In this document: piece after piece, positions 19,713-29,383 of the stretch
Layout: each line of letters starts with the position of its first letter
Position numbering within the stretch: the first letter of the stretch is position 1
From: an uncultured Lachnospiraceae bacterium
Lineage (GTDB): Bacteria; Bacillota; Clostridia; Lachnospirales; Lachnospiraceae
Direction: 5' to 3'
DNA: 64,000 nucleotides
NCBI GenBank assembly: GCA_905235435.1
Contig: CAJOLD010000009.1
Span: 16,129 to 80,128, forward strand
Translations under genes and position numbers: made by a program
Notes under the pieces: model-generated
The model's database searches: none
What the model was told of the DNA's origin: nothing
Seen by the model: only the letters and a program-made list of their open reading frames with translations

Positions 19713-20627
19713 ATGTACTATTTCATCGTAAATCCGTCTTCCCGCTCGGGAAAAGGTCTTCGGATCTGGAACCGCGTCGAAGAGGTGCTGAGGGAAAAAA
19801 ACGTCGAATATGAAGCGATCATGCTGGATGGGCCCGGAGACGCGGCCCGCGCTGCGGCATCTCTTGCTTCGCGCACTCCCTGCACCGCCGTGCTGCTTGG
19901 CGGCGACGGCACCGTAAACGAATTTATCAACGGCCTCACAAGCTTTGAAGGCATCACCTTCGGCTACATCCCGACCGGTTCAGGCAACGATTTCGGCCGC
20001 GGCATGCACCTTCCCTCAAGACCCATGGATGCGCTGGAGATCATCCTCTCCCCGGACAGGACCCGGGATGTGAACATCGGCTGCGTCTCCTCCGGGGACC
20101 GGAAGCGATACTTTGCCGTGAGCTCCGGCATCGGCTATGATGCCGCTGTCTGCTACGCGGTCGAGAACGCGCCGGGCAAACAGGCGATGAACGCCCTCCA
20201 TCTCGGGAAATTCGTCTATCTCTTTCACGCCCTGCGTCTGCTGCTTACCATCGACCCCTTCGAGGTAAAACTCGTCACCGATGAAGGTGAGCTGGTCACC
20301 TACGACAAAGTCTGGTTCGCGGCCGCCATGAATACAAAATATGAGGGCGGCGGCTTCATGTTCTGCCCGAAGGCAAGCCCCGTGGACAACTACCTGGATC
20401 TGATCCTCGCCGAGGGGATCAGCCGCCGGAAGATCCTCTTCCTGCTCCCGGCCGCATTCTTCGGCAGGCACGCGGGCAAAAAGGGCATCCATATCACGCG
20501 GTGCCGCAGGGCTGTTTTCAGGGCCGACAGGGACTGCTGCATCCATACAGACGGTGAGCACTTCGGGTTTGAAAATAAGATCACCTTCGAAGTCCTCCCG
20601 CAGAAGCTGAATATGATCGTGGACTGA
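19713..20627 (+). CDS. diacylglycerol/lipid kinase family protein (YegS/BmrU-like)
   Basis: ORF 19704..20627 trimmed to ATG 19713, with GGGAGG upstream. Motifs NPSSRSGKG and GGDGTVNE are present. Confidence 0.8.
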   Translation: MYYFIVNPSSRSGKGLRIWNRVEEVLREKNVEYEAIMLDGPGDAARAAASLASRTPCTAVLLGGDGTVNEFINGLTSFEGITFGYIPTGSGNDFGRGMHLPSRPMDALEIILSPDRTRDVNIGCVSSGDRKRYFAVSSGIGYDAAVCYAVENAPGKQAMNALHLGKFVYLFHALRLLLTIDPFEVKLVTDEGELVTYDKVWFAAAMNTKYEGGGFMFCPKASPVDNYLDLILAEGISRRKILFLLPAAFFGRHAGKKGIHITRCRRAVFRADRDCCIHTDGEHFGFENKITFEVLPQKLNMIVD

Positions 20628-20664
20628 GCCGGCGGCCCAGTCCACTTTTTTTGTTTTACCTTAT

Positions 20665-21690
20665 TCAGTTAAGACCCATCAGTTTGCTCGTGATCCTGTA
20701 GGCCTTGACCCCGATCTTTCTTCCGAGCTTCCCGGGCAGGTTCATGAATATTTCGACGGGCGGAAGCCTGAGACGGAGATACATCGGCAGGCTCTTCTGT
20801 TTCAGGTAGCGCCACAGCTCCCGTTTCTTTTCAAGATCCTCCCCTGTTCCTCCGACCAGGAGCATGGACTGCGTGACCAGCATGATCTTTCCGAGGTAGA
20901 TATACATGTATTTTTTCACATGTTTGTTAAGCCCCGTGAAATCCTCCGCCGCCATGATATCGATCATGATCTTGTTCACCTTGATCTGCTGATCGACCCT
21001 CTGCACCATCACATGCTCATTGACGGACTGATCCTCCCTGCCGATATAGTAGTGATAGAAATTCACGTCCATGTAATACATCGACTTTACATACGGATAG
21101 GGCTGGAAGGCAAAGATGTTATCCACGTAGAAGGTATGCGCCGGGAGCCTCAGCCCGCTCTCTGAAAGGACGCTCCTGCGGTAAAAGATGTTGTGCATCA
21201 GAATGTACTGCGTCTCCCTCATGTGGCGCATCTTTGACCAGTCAAAGATCTCCTCCGTGGGGAATACGTGGCGGAAATGCATGACCTTCTTATGCTTTGC
21301 GCCGACCTTGTCATAGATGAAATTGACAAGGAACATGTCCACCGGCGTCCCGGCCTCCTCCAGCTCCTTCAGGCGGGAGACAACGGGAAGCAGATAGCGT
21401 TTGTCCGCCCAGTCATCGCTGTCGATCACCTTGAAATACAGACCCGTCGCGTTCCTGATCCCGGTATTGACCGCCTCCCCGTGTCCGCCGTTCTCCTGGT
21501 GGATGGCGCGGATGATCCCGGGGTATTTCTTTTCGTATGAATCCGCGATCTCCGGCGTCCGGTCCTTCGTGGAACCGTCGTCGATGATCAGGATCTCTAT
21601 ATCATCCCCTGCCGGAAGCAGCGACCGGATACATTTATCCATATAGGCTTCCGAATTGTAGCAGGGAATCGCGACTGTCAGTATCTTCAT
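20665..21690 (-). CDS. family-2 glycosyltransferase
   Basis: 341 aa. The N-terminus is LTVAIPCYNSEAYMDKCIRSLL followed by DDGSTKD, a GT-A fold signature. Its ATG overlaps the restored mutY stop (ATGA). Confidence 0.8.
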   Translation of the reverse strand: MKILTVAIPCYNSEAYMDKCIRSLLPAGDDIEILIIDDGSTKDRTPEIADSYEKKYPGIIRAIHQENGGHGEAVNTGIRNATGLYFKVIDSDDWADKRYLLPVVSRLKELEEAGTPVDMFLVNFIYDKVGAKHKKVMHFRHVFPTEEIFDWSKMRHMRETQYILMHNIFYRRSVLSESGLRLPAHTFYVDNIFAFQPYPYVKSMYYMDVNFYHYYIGREDQSVNEHVMVQRVDQQIKVNKIMIDIMAAEDFTGLNKHVKKYMYIYLGKIMLVTQSMLLVGGTGEDLEKKRELWRYLKQKSLPMYLRLRLPPVEIFMNLPGKLGRKIGVKAYRITSKLMGLN

Positions 21691-22797
21691 GATGATCTCT
21701 CCGTTTTTGTCAGCACTTGAAGTGCCGTTTTATATGCCGCAAAGGCAGAAGGCAGCGAATACTGGTCAAGCGCCCTCCGCGGTGTTTCAAACACGAGTCC
21801 GTCCGGGAGGGACTCCTTTCCGGAATCGTTGCGGAGCCTGACCAGCCAGCCGTGCATCTGCCACTCTATATGTGTAAAAATATGCGAGGAATCCGCAAGG
21901 CGCTCAAAGCTTTCGGGATCCAGTCCCTCGCCGAGGAGGCGCCGTCTGATCTGCTGCGGTCCGGGATGTCCCTCCAGTCCCGGGAATTCGTACAGCCCGG
22001 CGAGCAGTCCCTTTGGCGGTCTCTTCCTGAGGGCGATCTTTCCGTCCCCGGAAACCAGCAGGAGAATGGTCCTCTCCTCCTTCTTTCGCCCGGCCTTCGG
22101 TTTCTTTACGGGGAGCTCTTCCTCGCATCCCTCCTGCCTTGCCCTGCAGCAGTGCGCCAGCGGGCAGATCCCGCAGCCCGCAGGCGGGGCGTCCGTTCGG
22201 AAGGCAGATCAGAGCGCCGAGCTCCATCATTGCCTGATTAAATGTTCCCGGGGCATCCTCCGGAATGATCGCAAGAAGCTGCTCTCTCACCCTGCTTTTT
22301 ACGGACTGGGAAGAAATATCCTCACGGTCCGCCTGCAGGCGGCTCATCACGCGAAGAACATTTCCGTCGACGGCCGCTTCCCTGCGCCCGTAGGCGATGG
22401 AGGATACAGCACCGGCGGTGTATTCGCCGATCCCCGGAAGGGCGAGGAGCTCCTCTTTGCCTGCGGGAAGTTCTCCGCCGAAGCGTTCCTTTACGATGCG
22501 GGCGGCCTTCTGCATGTTCCGGACTCTGGAATAATAGCCGAGCCCCTCCCAGAGCTTCATAAGAAGATCCTCCGGGCATTCGGCCAGCGCCTCTACGCCG
22601 GGCAGTGCCGCGATAAACCGCTCAAAATAAGGGATGACCGCATCCACCCGCGTCTGCTGCAGCATGATCTCCGAGACCCACACATTGTATGGGGACGGAT
22701 CGCGGCGCCACGGAAGATCCCGCGCGTTTTTGTCAAACCACTGCATGAGCGGCGCTGCAATGCCGTTTATTTCGGGGACATTCGGGCTGCCGCTCAT
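21687..22797 (-). pseudogene. mutY: A/G-specific adenine DNA glycosylase MutY, frameshifted by a 7-bp tandem duplication
   Basis: The 5' part is ORF 21904..22797 (WFDKNARDLPWR, SEIMLQQTRV, and the helix-hairpin-helix element LPGIGEYTAGAV). After 22170 that frame turns into Arg/Gly-rich nonsense. My own translation of the +1 frame from 22176 to TGA 21687..21689 gives the MutY Nudix-like C-terminal domain (LLAGLYEFPG, HIFTHIEW). See the finding. Confidence 0.85.
22170..22183. repeat. exact 7-bp tandem duplication CCCGCAG CCCGCAG (coding strand CTGCGGG x2)
   Basis: Read directly from the sequence: 22170..22176 is identical to 22177..22183. Confidence 0.97.
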
Positions 22798-23432
22798 CTC
22801 ATCTCTCCGTTCCCGAAGGACTGCGGATGCAGGATATTGTTGATCTTGGCCCTGATGACGTCAAAAGCCACATCGTTCATACCGCTGTTGATAATGATAT
22901 CCGCCTTGATCTTTGTGGGCTCCACATACAGGTAATGCATCGGTTTGACCGTGGTCAGATACTGGTCGACGATGTTGTCCAGATCGCGGCCCCTCTCCTT
23001 TACGTCGCGGAGGATCCTGCGGATGATGCGCTCATCGGCGTCCGCCTCGACAAAGATCTTGATATCCATAAGATCCCGGATCCTCGGTTCCGACAGCAGG
23101 AGGATGCCCTCCGCGATGATGATGGGCCTCGGCTCGATCCGCACGAAGCGGTCCGACCGGTTATGCATGCTGTAATCATAGACAGGGCAGTCTACCGCCT
23201 CACCCCTGCGGAGCGAGGCAAGATGCTCCACCAGCAGATCCGTCTCGAGGGAATCCGGATGGTCATAATTGACCTTCTTCCTCTCCTCAAAGGGAAGGTC
23301 GTCCTGTCTTCTGTAATAATTATCATGGTAGATGACGGCGATATCATCGCCGAATTCATCCTTCAGCCTGTTCGTGAACGTAGATTTGCCGGAGCCGGAG
23401 CCGCCGGCGATACCGATGATAAACGTATCCAT
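22794..23432 (-). CDS. udk: uridine kinase
   Basis: 212 aa. The P-loop is IGIAGGSGSGKST, with Udk-type length. Its stop overlaps the mutY start by 4 nt. Confidence 0.88.
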   Translation of the reverse strand: MDTFIIGIAGGSGSGKSTFTNRLKDEFGDDIAVIYHDNYYRRQDDLPFEERKKVNYDHPDSLETDLLVEHLASLRRGEAVDCPVYDYSMHNRSDRFVRIEPRPIIIAEGILLLSEPRIRDLMDIKIFVEADADERIIRRILRDVKERGRDLDNIVDQYLTTVKPMHYLYVEPTKIKADIIINSGMNDVAFDVIRAKINNILHPQSFGNGEMR

Positions 23433-23457
23433 CCTTCCCGTCCCTCCCTGGTGCCGG

Positions 23458-23988
23458 TCAGTCTGTGCCTGTCACCTTCACCTGGCACATCTGCATGGTC
23501 GCGAGCGCCTTCTCATGGCTTTCAGGTGTGACGCCTGCGCACAGGCGGGCATCGACGGTGATGGGGACCTCGGGCATATATGCCTTCAGCAGGAGCGCGT
23601 TGGATACCACGCAGATATCCGTGCACAGTCCGCAGATCTCGATCCCGATCTCTTCCTTCTTCGATCTTTCAAGGATCGCATCGGCAAGCGCCGTGCTTCC
23701 GAAGGTCGGCTTGTCAAAGACAGGCGCGTCTCCCAGCGCCTCCGCGATCTCCGGGCGGATCTGCCAGCCTTCGCTTCCCCTGATGCAGTGGGCCACGGGA
23801 AGATTCCTGCCCTCCTGGGTATCCATATAATGTTCCTCATGGGTGTCCCGCGTAGCGTAAACGTTTCCCGGCTCATACGCGCGGATCCTCTCCGCGACCG
23901 CGGGAACGATTTCGCAGGCCTCGGCCGTACCGAGCGCGCCGTCAATAAAGTCATTCTGCATATCAATGACGATCAGTATTTTATTCAT
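23458..23988 (-). CDS. isochorismatase-family cysteine hydrolase (nicotinamidase/PncA-like)
   Basis: ORF trimmed to ATG 23988 (MNKILIVIDMQNDF), with GGAGG upstream. The catalytic Cys context is ICGLCTDICV. Confidence 0.75.
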   Translation of the reverse strand: MNKILIVIDMQNDFIDGALGTAEACEIVPAVAERIRAYEPGNVYATRDTHEEHYMDTQEGRNLPVAHCIRGSEGWQIRPEIAEALGDAPVFDKPTFGSTALADAILERSKKEEIGIEICGLCTDICVVSNALLLKAYMPEVPITVDARLCAGVTPESHEKALATMQMCQVKVTGTD

Positions 23989-24059
23989 CCTGACGCCTCC
24001 TTCCAATCCATGTTATTATAACAGGGAAGCCATAAATAGTAAAATGGAAAGGAACTGAT

Positions 24060-25070
24060 ATGACCAGGAAAATTCTCGTGATCGGCTCTGCCGTCGCGGA
24101 CGTCGTGATCACCCTGCCGCATCTCCCCTCCCGGAGCGAGGACGTCCATGTGCGCTCACAGGCCATGAACCTCGGCGGCTGCGGATACAACGTCTACGAC
24201 ACCATCCGCCATTTCGGCGCGCCCGCCATCCCCTTCCTGCCCGTCGGCACGGGCGCCTACGGGGATTTCATCCGCGCGCGGTTTAAGGAAAGAGGGATCG
24301 TCACCCCGCTTCCGCAGCCGGCGGAGGATAACGGATGCTGCTACTGCTTTGTCGAGGACGACGGGGAGCGCACCTTCCTCTCCTACCACGGCGCGGAGTA
24401 CAAATTCCGCCCGGAATGGTTCGGTCTGATCGATCCTACGGATATCGGCCTCGTCTATATCTGCGGCCTCGAGATCGAGGAAGATACCGGCGGGCATATC
24501 ATCGCCTTCCTTGAGAAGAACCCGCAGCTTAAGGTCATGTTCGCGCCGGGGCCGCGGATCCTGAAGATCCTCCCGGAGCGCATGGAGCGCATCTTCGCCC
24601 TCAGGCCCATGATCCACTTAAACGAAACCGAAGTCTGCGAATACTATTATGCCTGCCGCGGCGGCAAAGACCGGACGGAAAGCGTTTCGGAAAGCGCGGC
24701 CAAAGCTCCCGCGGATGGCAGCCTTACGTCCGAAGAGGCGAAGGCCGCCGCTTACCTGCAGGAAAGATGTGGGAGCAGCGTGATCGTGACACTCGGCAGC
24801 AGAGGCGCCGCCATCTGCGGCCCTGAAGGCATCACAAATGTCCCGGGCGTTCCCGCCCGCCAGGTGGACACGATCGGCGCGGGGGACGCCCACGTCGGCG
24901 CCCTCCTCGCCTGTCTGCAGGCCGGCCTTTCCCTTCCGGAAGCGGCCGCCCGCGCAAACCGCGTAGCCGCAAAGGTCGTGGAAACGCGCGGCGCCCTGCT
25001 GGGCAGTGAAGAGTTTGTTTCGCTCGGGGTATCGCTAAGCGCCGCCGCACAGGGAGAAACAGAAAGCTGA
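24060..25070 (+). CDS. PfkB-family carbohydrate/nucleoside kinase
   Basis: 336 aa. The N-terminus is ILVIGSAVADVV and the C-terminal motif is DTIGAGDAHVGALLA (PfkB signature 2). Substrate unknown. Confidence 0.75.
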   Translation: MTRKILVIGSAVADVVITLPHLPSRSEDVHVRSQAMNLGGCGYNVYDTIRHFGAPAIPFLPVGTGAYGDFIRARFKERGIVTPLPQPAEDNGCCYCFVEDDGERTFLSYHGAEYKFRPEWFGLIDPTDIGLVYICGLEIEEDTGGHIIAFLEKNPQLKVMFAPGPRILKILPERMERIFALRPMIHLNETEVCEYYYACRGGKDRTESVSESAAKAPADGSLTSEEAKAAAYLQERCGSSVIVTLGSRGAAICGPEGITNVPGVPARQVDTIGAGDAHVGALLACLQAGLSLPEAAARANRVAAKVVETRGALLGSEEFVSLGVSLSAAAQGETES

Positions 25071-25091
25071 AGATTGAAACCATCCGCGCAC

Positions 25092-25120
25092 AAAAAAGGA
25101 GCCCTGCCGGGCTCCTTTTT
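25092..25120. terminator. bidirectional terminator between the pfkB-like gene and deoD
   Basis: AAAAAA GGAGCCC tgcc GGGCTCC TTTTT. Confidence 0.8.
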
Positions 25121-25126
25121 CATTTC

Positions 25127-25843
25127 TCAGAAACAGATGGCTGTCTCGAGAGCAACAAGCATCATATCCTTGAAGCTTTCCTGCCGCTCCTGCGCGGGCA
25201 TTTCCTCTCCGGTGACGATATTGTCGGATACAGTAAAGATGCTCAGGGCGCGCACGCCGGCTCTCGCGGCGTTGCAGTAGAGGGCGACGCTCTCCATCTC
25301 CGTCGCGAGGATGCCCATCTTCTGCCACCTCTTCCAGTTGGGCGTCTCGTCAGGATCGCCGTAGAAGACGTCGGAAGAAACAATGTTGCCCACCTCGTGT
25401 CTGAATCCGTGCTCGGTCGCGATCCGGTCCGCGCAGCTTAAAAGTTCATAGTCGGCGATCGGCGCGAAGGTGCCTGGCAGATTATAATGGGCCGCGTAAT
25501 TGGAATCTGTGCTCGCGCCCATGGCCATAACGATATCCCCGAGCTTCATCGATTCCTGCATCGCCCCGCAGGATCCGATGCGGATGAGGTTCTTTACGCC
25601 GTAGACATGGATCAGTTCATACGTATAAAGCCCGATGGAGGGGCAGCCCATGCCCGTCCCCATGACAGAGACCTTTTTCCCTTTGTAAGTGCCCGTGTAG
25701 CCGAACATATTCCTCACGGAGTTGAAATGCACGGTATCTTCAAGGAACGTGTCCGCAATGACTTTTGCCCGCAGGGGATCTCCCGGCAGAAGTACGGTCT
25801 CGGCGATATCGCCCGGATTTGCGCTGTTATGTGGTGTTGCCAT
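25127..25843 (-). CDS. deoD: purine nucleoside phosphorylase, DeoD type
   Basis: 238 aa. MATPHNSANPGDIAETVLLPGDPLRAK and VSVMGTGMGCPS are characteristic of hexameric PNP. Confidence 0.9.
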   Translation of the reverse strand: MATPHNSANPGDIAETVLLPGDPLRAKVIADTFLEDTVHFNSVRNMFGYTGTYKGKKVSVMGTGMGCPSIGLYTYELIHVYGVKNLIRIGSCGAMQESMKLGDIVMAMGASTDSNYAAHYNLPGTFAPIADYELLSCADRIATEHGFRHEVGNIVSSDVFYGDPDETPNWKRWQKMGILATEMESVALYCNAARAGVRALSIFTVSDNIVTGEEMPAQERQESFKDMMLVALETAICF

Positions 25844-25911
25844 CGTATCATCCCTTCTTTTCTTCAGACATTAACGGTTTAACGAGCTAATCAAATATTA
25901 ACACAAACATA

Positions 25912-25947
25912 CAAAAATCGGAAGGGCCGCATATACGGACCCTTCCG
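25912..25947 (-). terminator. rny terminator
   Basis: On the minus strand the stem CGGAAGGGTCCG / CGGCCCTTCCG is followed by ATTTTTG. Confidence 0.7.
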
Positions 25948-25977
25948 TGATTTTCGTTTGGTATTGCCTGTAAAGAA

Positions 25978-27534
25978 TCATTTTGCGTAGTCGACAACTC
26001 TTGACTCGCGGATTACACTTACTTTGATCTGTCCCGGATATTCCATTTCGGCTTCGATCTGCTGCGCGATCTCTCTCGCCATGAGAGTCATCTCCGCGTC
26101 GCTGACCTGTTCCGGTACGACCATGATGCGAACCTCTCTCCCTGCCTGAATAGCAAAGGACTTTTCCACGCCCTTGTAGGCGTTCGTAATATCTTCCAAC
26201 TGTTTTAAACGTTTTGTGTAAGTCTCAAGGGTCTCTCTGCGGGCGCCGGGCCTTGCGGCAGAAATGGTATCTGCAGCCTGCACGACACATGCGATCAGTG
26301 ACTCGGGCTCCACATCGCCGTGGTGTGCTTCCACAGCATTGACAATAAGCGGGCTTTCCTTGTATTTTCTGCACAGATCCGCGCCGATCTGAACGTGAGA
26401 ACCTTCGACCTCATGATCAATGGATTTACCAATGTCATGAAGCAGGCCTGCGCGCTTCGCAGTGCGGATGTCCAGACCGATCTCTCCTGCGAGAAGGCCG
26501 CAGAGCTGCGCGACCTCGATCGAATGCTTGAGGGCATTCTGACCGTAGCTGGAGCGGAAACGCATTCTTCCGAGAAGGCGGACCAGTTCCGGATGAAGAC
26601 CGTGCACGCCGACTTCGAGGCAGGCTGCCTCGCCCTCTTCGCGCACCATGGTGTCCACTTCCTTCTGTGCCTTTTCGACGGTCTCCTCGATCCTGGCGGG
26701 ATGGATGCGGCCGTCGACGATCAGCTTTTCAAGCGCTATCCTTGCGACCTCTCTCCTGACGGGATCGAAACCGGAAATTACCACGGCTTCCGGTGTGTCG
26801 TCAATAATGAGTTCCACGCCGGTCATCGTCTCAAGGGTACGGATGTTGCGTCCCTCACGACCGATGATACGTCCTTTCATTTCGTCATTCGGAAGCTGTA
26901 CAACGGAGATCGTTGCTTCGGACACGTGATCAGCCGCACATCGCTGAATCGCTGTGACAACGTACTCCTTCGCCTTCTGGGAGGCTTCTTCCTTTGCTTT
27001 GCTTTCAAGCTCTTTGTAGAGCTTGGCGGCATCTGTTCTTACTTCGTCTTCAACAGTTTTTAAAAGATATTCCTTTGCCTGTTCGGAGGTCAGACCTGAG
27101 ATTCGCTCAAGTTCCTGTAATCTTTGTTCCACAAGCCTGTCGGCTTCCGCCTGCTGATCCTTCAGCTCTTGCTCTTTTGCTGCAATGTCGGCCTCACGGC
27201 GTTCCAGAGTCTCAGCTTTCCTGTCGACGCTTTCTTCCTTCGCCAGGACGCGCTTTTCATAGCGCTGGACCTCGGCGCGACGGTCTTTCGCCTCTTTCTC
27301 AGAATCATTCTTGATCTTGAGAGACTCTTCCTTCGCCTCGAGGAGCGCTTCGCGCTTCTTCGTCTCCGCCGTGCGCAGTGCGTCGTCAATGATCTGTCTC
27401 GCCTTCTCCTCCGCGTTTCCGATCTTGGCGTCGGAAGACTTCTGGTGGATATTGATGGCGATCAGACATGAGAGCGGCACTGCGATGACCAGTGTAATGA
27501 TCACAGCAATGAGGATCATCATAGCTGGTGTCAC
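25978..27534 (-). CDS. rny: ribonuclease Y
   Basis: 518 aa with an N-terminal TM helix, a long Lys/Glu coiled coil, a KH domain ([12 protein letters not shown]) and an HD domain (LLHDIGK). Confidence 0.93.
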   Translation of the reverse strand: MTPAMMILIAVIITLVIAVPLSCLIAINIHQKSSDAKIGNAEEKARQIIDDALRTAETKKREALLEAKEESLKIKNDSEKEAKDRRAEVQRYEKRVLAKEESVDRKAETLERREADIAAKEQELKDQQAEADRLVEQRLQELERISGLTSEQAKEYLLKTVEDEVRTDAAKLYKELESKAKEEASQKAKEYVVTAIQRCAADHVSEATISVVQLPNDEMKGRIIGREGRNIRTLETMTGVELIIDDTPEAVVISGFDPVRREVARIALEKLIVDGRIHPARIEETVEKAQKEVDTMVREEGEAACLEVGVHGLHPELVRLLGRMRFRSSYGQNALKHSIEVAQLCGLLAGEIGLDIRTAKRAGLLHDIGKSIDHEVEGSHVQIGADLCRKYKESPLIVNAVEAHHGDVEPESLIACVVQAADTISAARPGARRETLETYTKRLKQLEDITNAYKGVEKSFAIQAGREVRIMVVPEQVSDAEMTLMAREIAQQIEAEMEYPGQIKVSVIRESRVVDYAK

Positions 27535-27601
27535 AGGAGCACCTCCTTATTTAGTTTTCATTGTTGCTATACAACATTTCAAGTTTATCCTTTTTATGAA
27601 A

Positions 27602-28192
27602 TTATGTCAATGTTTTCTTTATGTCCGAAAACGAAAAACCCTTTCTGAGTAAAAACTGATAAAAACGCTGCGTCTCCTTTTCATCCGCCGTTTCCGGGCA
27701 GAATTTCTTCTTTTCGGCCAGCCTTCGGATGACCTCGCAGGGATCCGCGGGATCCTCCTCCAGCGCCTGCTGCGCTGTTTGGCGCTCAACACCCTTCTGC
27801 TCCAGTTCCATCAGGAGGAGCCTCGCGCTCTTTTTGTCCCTGTTGGCAAGGATGTAGTTTTCCGAGTACCGAAGGTCATCAAGATAATGTGCAGCCTTCA
27901 TCGCATCGAGGGCCTTGTCGATGACGTCTTCAGGGTACTCCCCCTCCTTCAGCTTAAGGCGGAGCTGCTGCTCCGTCCGGTCCATTCTCTCCAGGAGGTG
28001 CATACAGCGCATCTTTGCCCTTTTGAGCAGGACCGCGGTGCAGATCTCATCATAAAGCGCGCCGGATACCTCCTGCCCCTCGGACAGGCGGTACTCGGCG
28101 CACTCTTTTTCATACAGCAGGAAGGCCGGTTCATCATTCAGCCAGATCCGCACCTTCCCTGAACGTGTTTTCTCGATTTTTGTGAGGATCAT
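27602..28192 (-). CDS. recX: RecA regulator RecX
   Basis: 196-aa helical-repeat protein immediately after recA. Its ATG overlaps the stop of the recA 3' frame (ATGA). Confidence 0.8.
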   Translation of the reverse strand: MILTKIEKTRSGKVRIWLNDEPAFLLYEKECAEYRLSEGQEVSGALYDEICTAVLLKRAKMRCMHLLERMDRTEQQLRLKLKEGEYPEDVIDKALDAMKAAHYLDDLRYSENYILANRDKKSARLLLMELEQKGVERQTAQQALEEDPADPCEVIRRLAEKKKFCPETADEKETQRFYQFLLRKGFSFSDIKKTLT

Positions 28193-29230
28193 GATTCTTC
28201 TTTCTCATCTTCCGCCCCGGCAGCTGCCGGTGCCTCCGCGGTCTGCGGCAGTCCGAAATGCTCGCGGACAAGGTTCTCCACCTCAGCCATCACCTCCGGA
28301 TGCTGCGCAAGGTAGAGCTTTGCGTTCTCACGGCCCTGCCCGATCTTCTCGCCCTTGTAGGCGTACCAGGCGCCGCTCTTGACGATGATATCCAGCTTCG
28401 CGGCCAGATCCAGGCTCCCGGGAGATGCCCTTGCCGAACATGATATCGAACTCCGCCTCCTTGAACGGCGGCGCGATCTTGTTCTTGACGACCTTGATGC
28501 GCGTATGGTTGCCGATGACTTCTCCGCTCTGCTTGAGGCTCTCCACCCTGCGCACGTCGAGGCGGATGGAGGAATAGAATTTGAGGGCGCGGCCGCCGGT
28601 CGTCGTCTCCGGGTTGCCGAACATGACGCCCACCTTCTCACGGAGCTGGTTGATAAAGATCACGATGCAGTTGGACTTGCTGATGACGCCGGTCAGCTTG
28701 CGCAGCGCCTGGGACATGAGCCTTGCCTGCAGGCCCACGTGGGAATCCCCCATCTCTCCGTCGATCTCGGCCTTCGGAACGAGGGCCGCGACAGAGTCGA
28801 CGATGATGATATCCACAGCGCCGGAGCGGACCATGGTCTCCGTGATCTCAAGCGCCTGTTCCCCGTTGTCCGGCTGTGAGATATAGAGGTTGTCGATATC
28901 CACGCCGATATTGCGGGCGTAGACGGGGTCGAGCGCGTGCTCCGCATCGATAAAGCCGGCGATGCCGCCGCGCTTCTGTACCTCGGCGACCATGTGCAGG
29001 GCCACCGTGGTCTTGCCGCTGGACTCGGGTCCGTAGATCTCCACGATCCTTCCGCGGGGAACGCCGCCCATGCCCAGGGCGATATCAAGGCTGAGGGAAC
29101 CCGTGGGCACTGTCTCCACGTTGAGGTTGGCGGTAGAGTCGCCGAGCTTCATAACGGCTCCCCTGCCGTATTCTTTCTCAATATGCGCGAGCGCTGCGTC
29201 GAGCGCTTTCATTTTATCCTGATCTGCCAT
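28189..29230 (-). pseudogene. recA: recombinase RecA, reading frame broken near codon 270
   Basis: ORF 28328..29230 carries RecA residues up to ...[13 protein letters not shown] (Walker A is GPESSGKTT), then nonsense to TGA 28328. The +1 frame (tail of ORF 28189..28641) continues [35 protein letters not shown]... and ends in an acidic tail. The switch lies within 28405..28425. Confidence 0.85.
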
Positions 29231-29256
29231 GTTTCGGTCTCCTTCCGTTGCTTAAT

Positions 29257-29270
29257 CGAACATCTGTTCT
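29257..29270. promoter_or_regulatory. LexA (Cheo/SOS) box at the recA promoter
   Basis: CGAACATCTGTTCT matches 13 of 14 positions of the Firmicute consensus CGAAC-N4-GTTCG. It lies directly downstream of the -10 hexamer. Confidence 0.75.
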
Positions 29271-29271
29271 G

Positions 29272-29300
29272 ATAATACATGAATGGGCACTGTTTGTCAA
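29272..29300 (-). promoter_or_regulatory. recA promoter
   Basis: Minus strand: TTGACA (29300..29295), 17-nt spacer, TATTAT (29277..29272). Confidence 0.75.
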
Positions 29301-29383
29301 TACCCAACATTTTTATTTATCATAAAGCCTGCCGCCCCGCGGTGTAAAGCAATGCTTTGTTGCGCGCTGACACGATTCGTGTC

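Noticed and set aside
28405-28425. Possibility that the recA frame change is a programmed +1 ribosomal frameshift, or that an intein or intron is involved.
   Set aside because: There is no slippery or stall motif, and no inserted sequence between the two halves. The junction is actually shorter than in characterised RecA proteins. A mutation or a consensus error is the simpler explanation.
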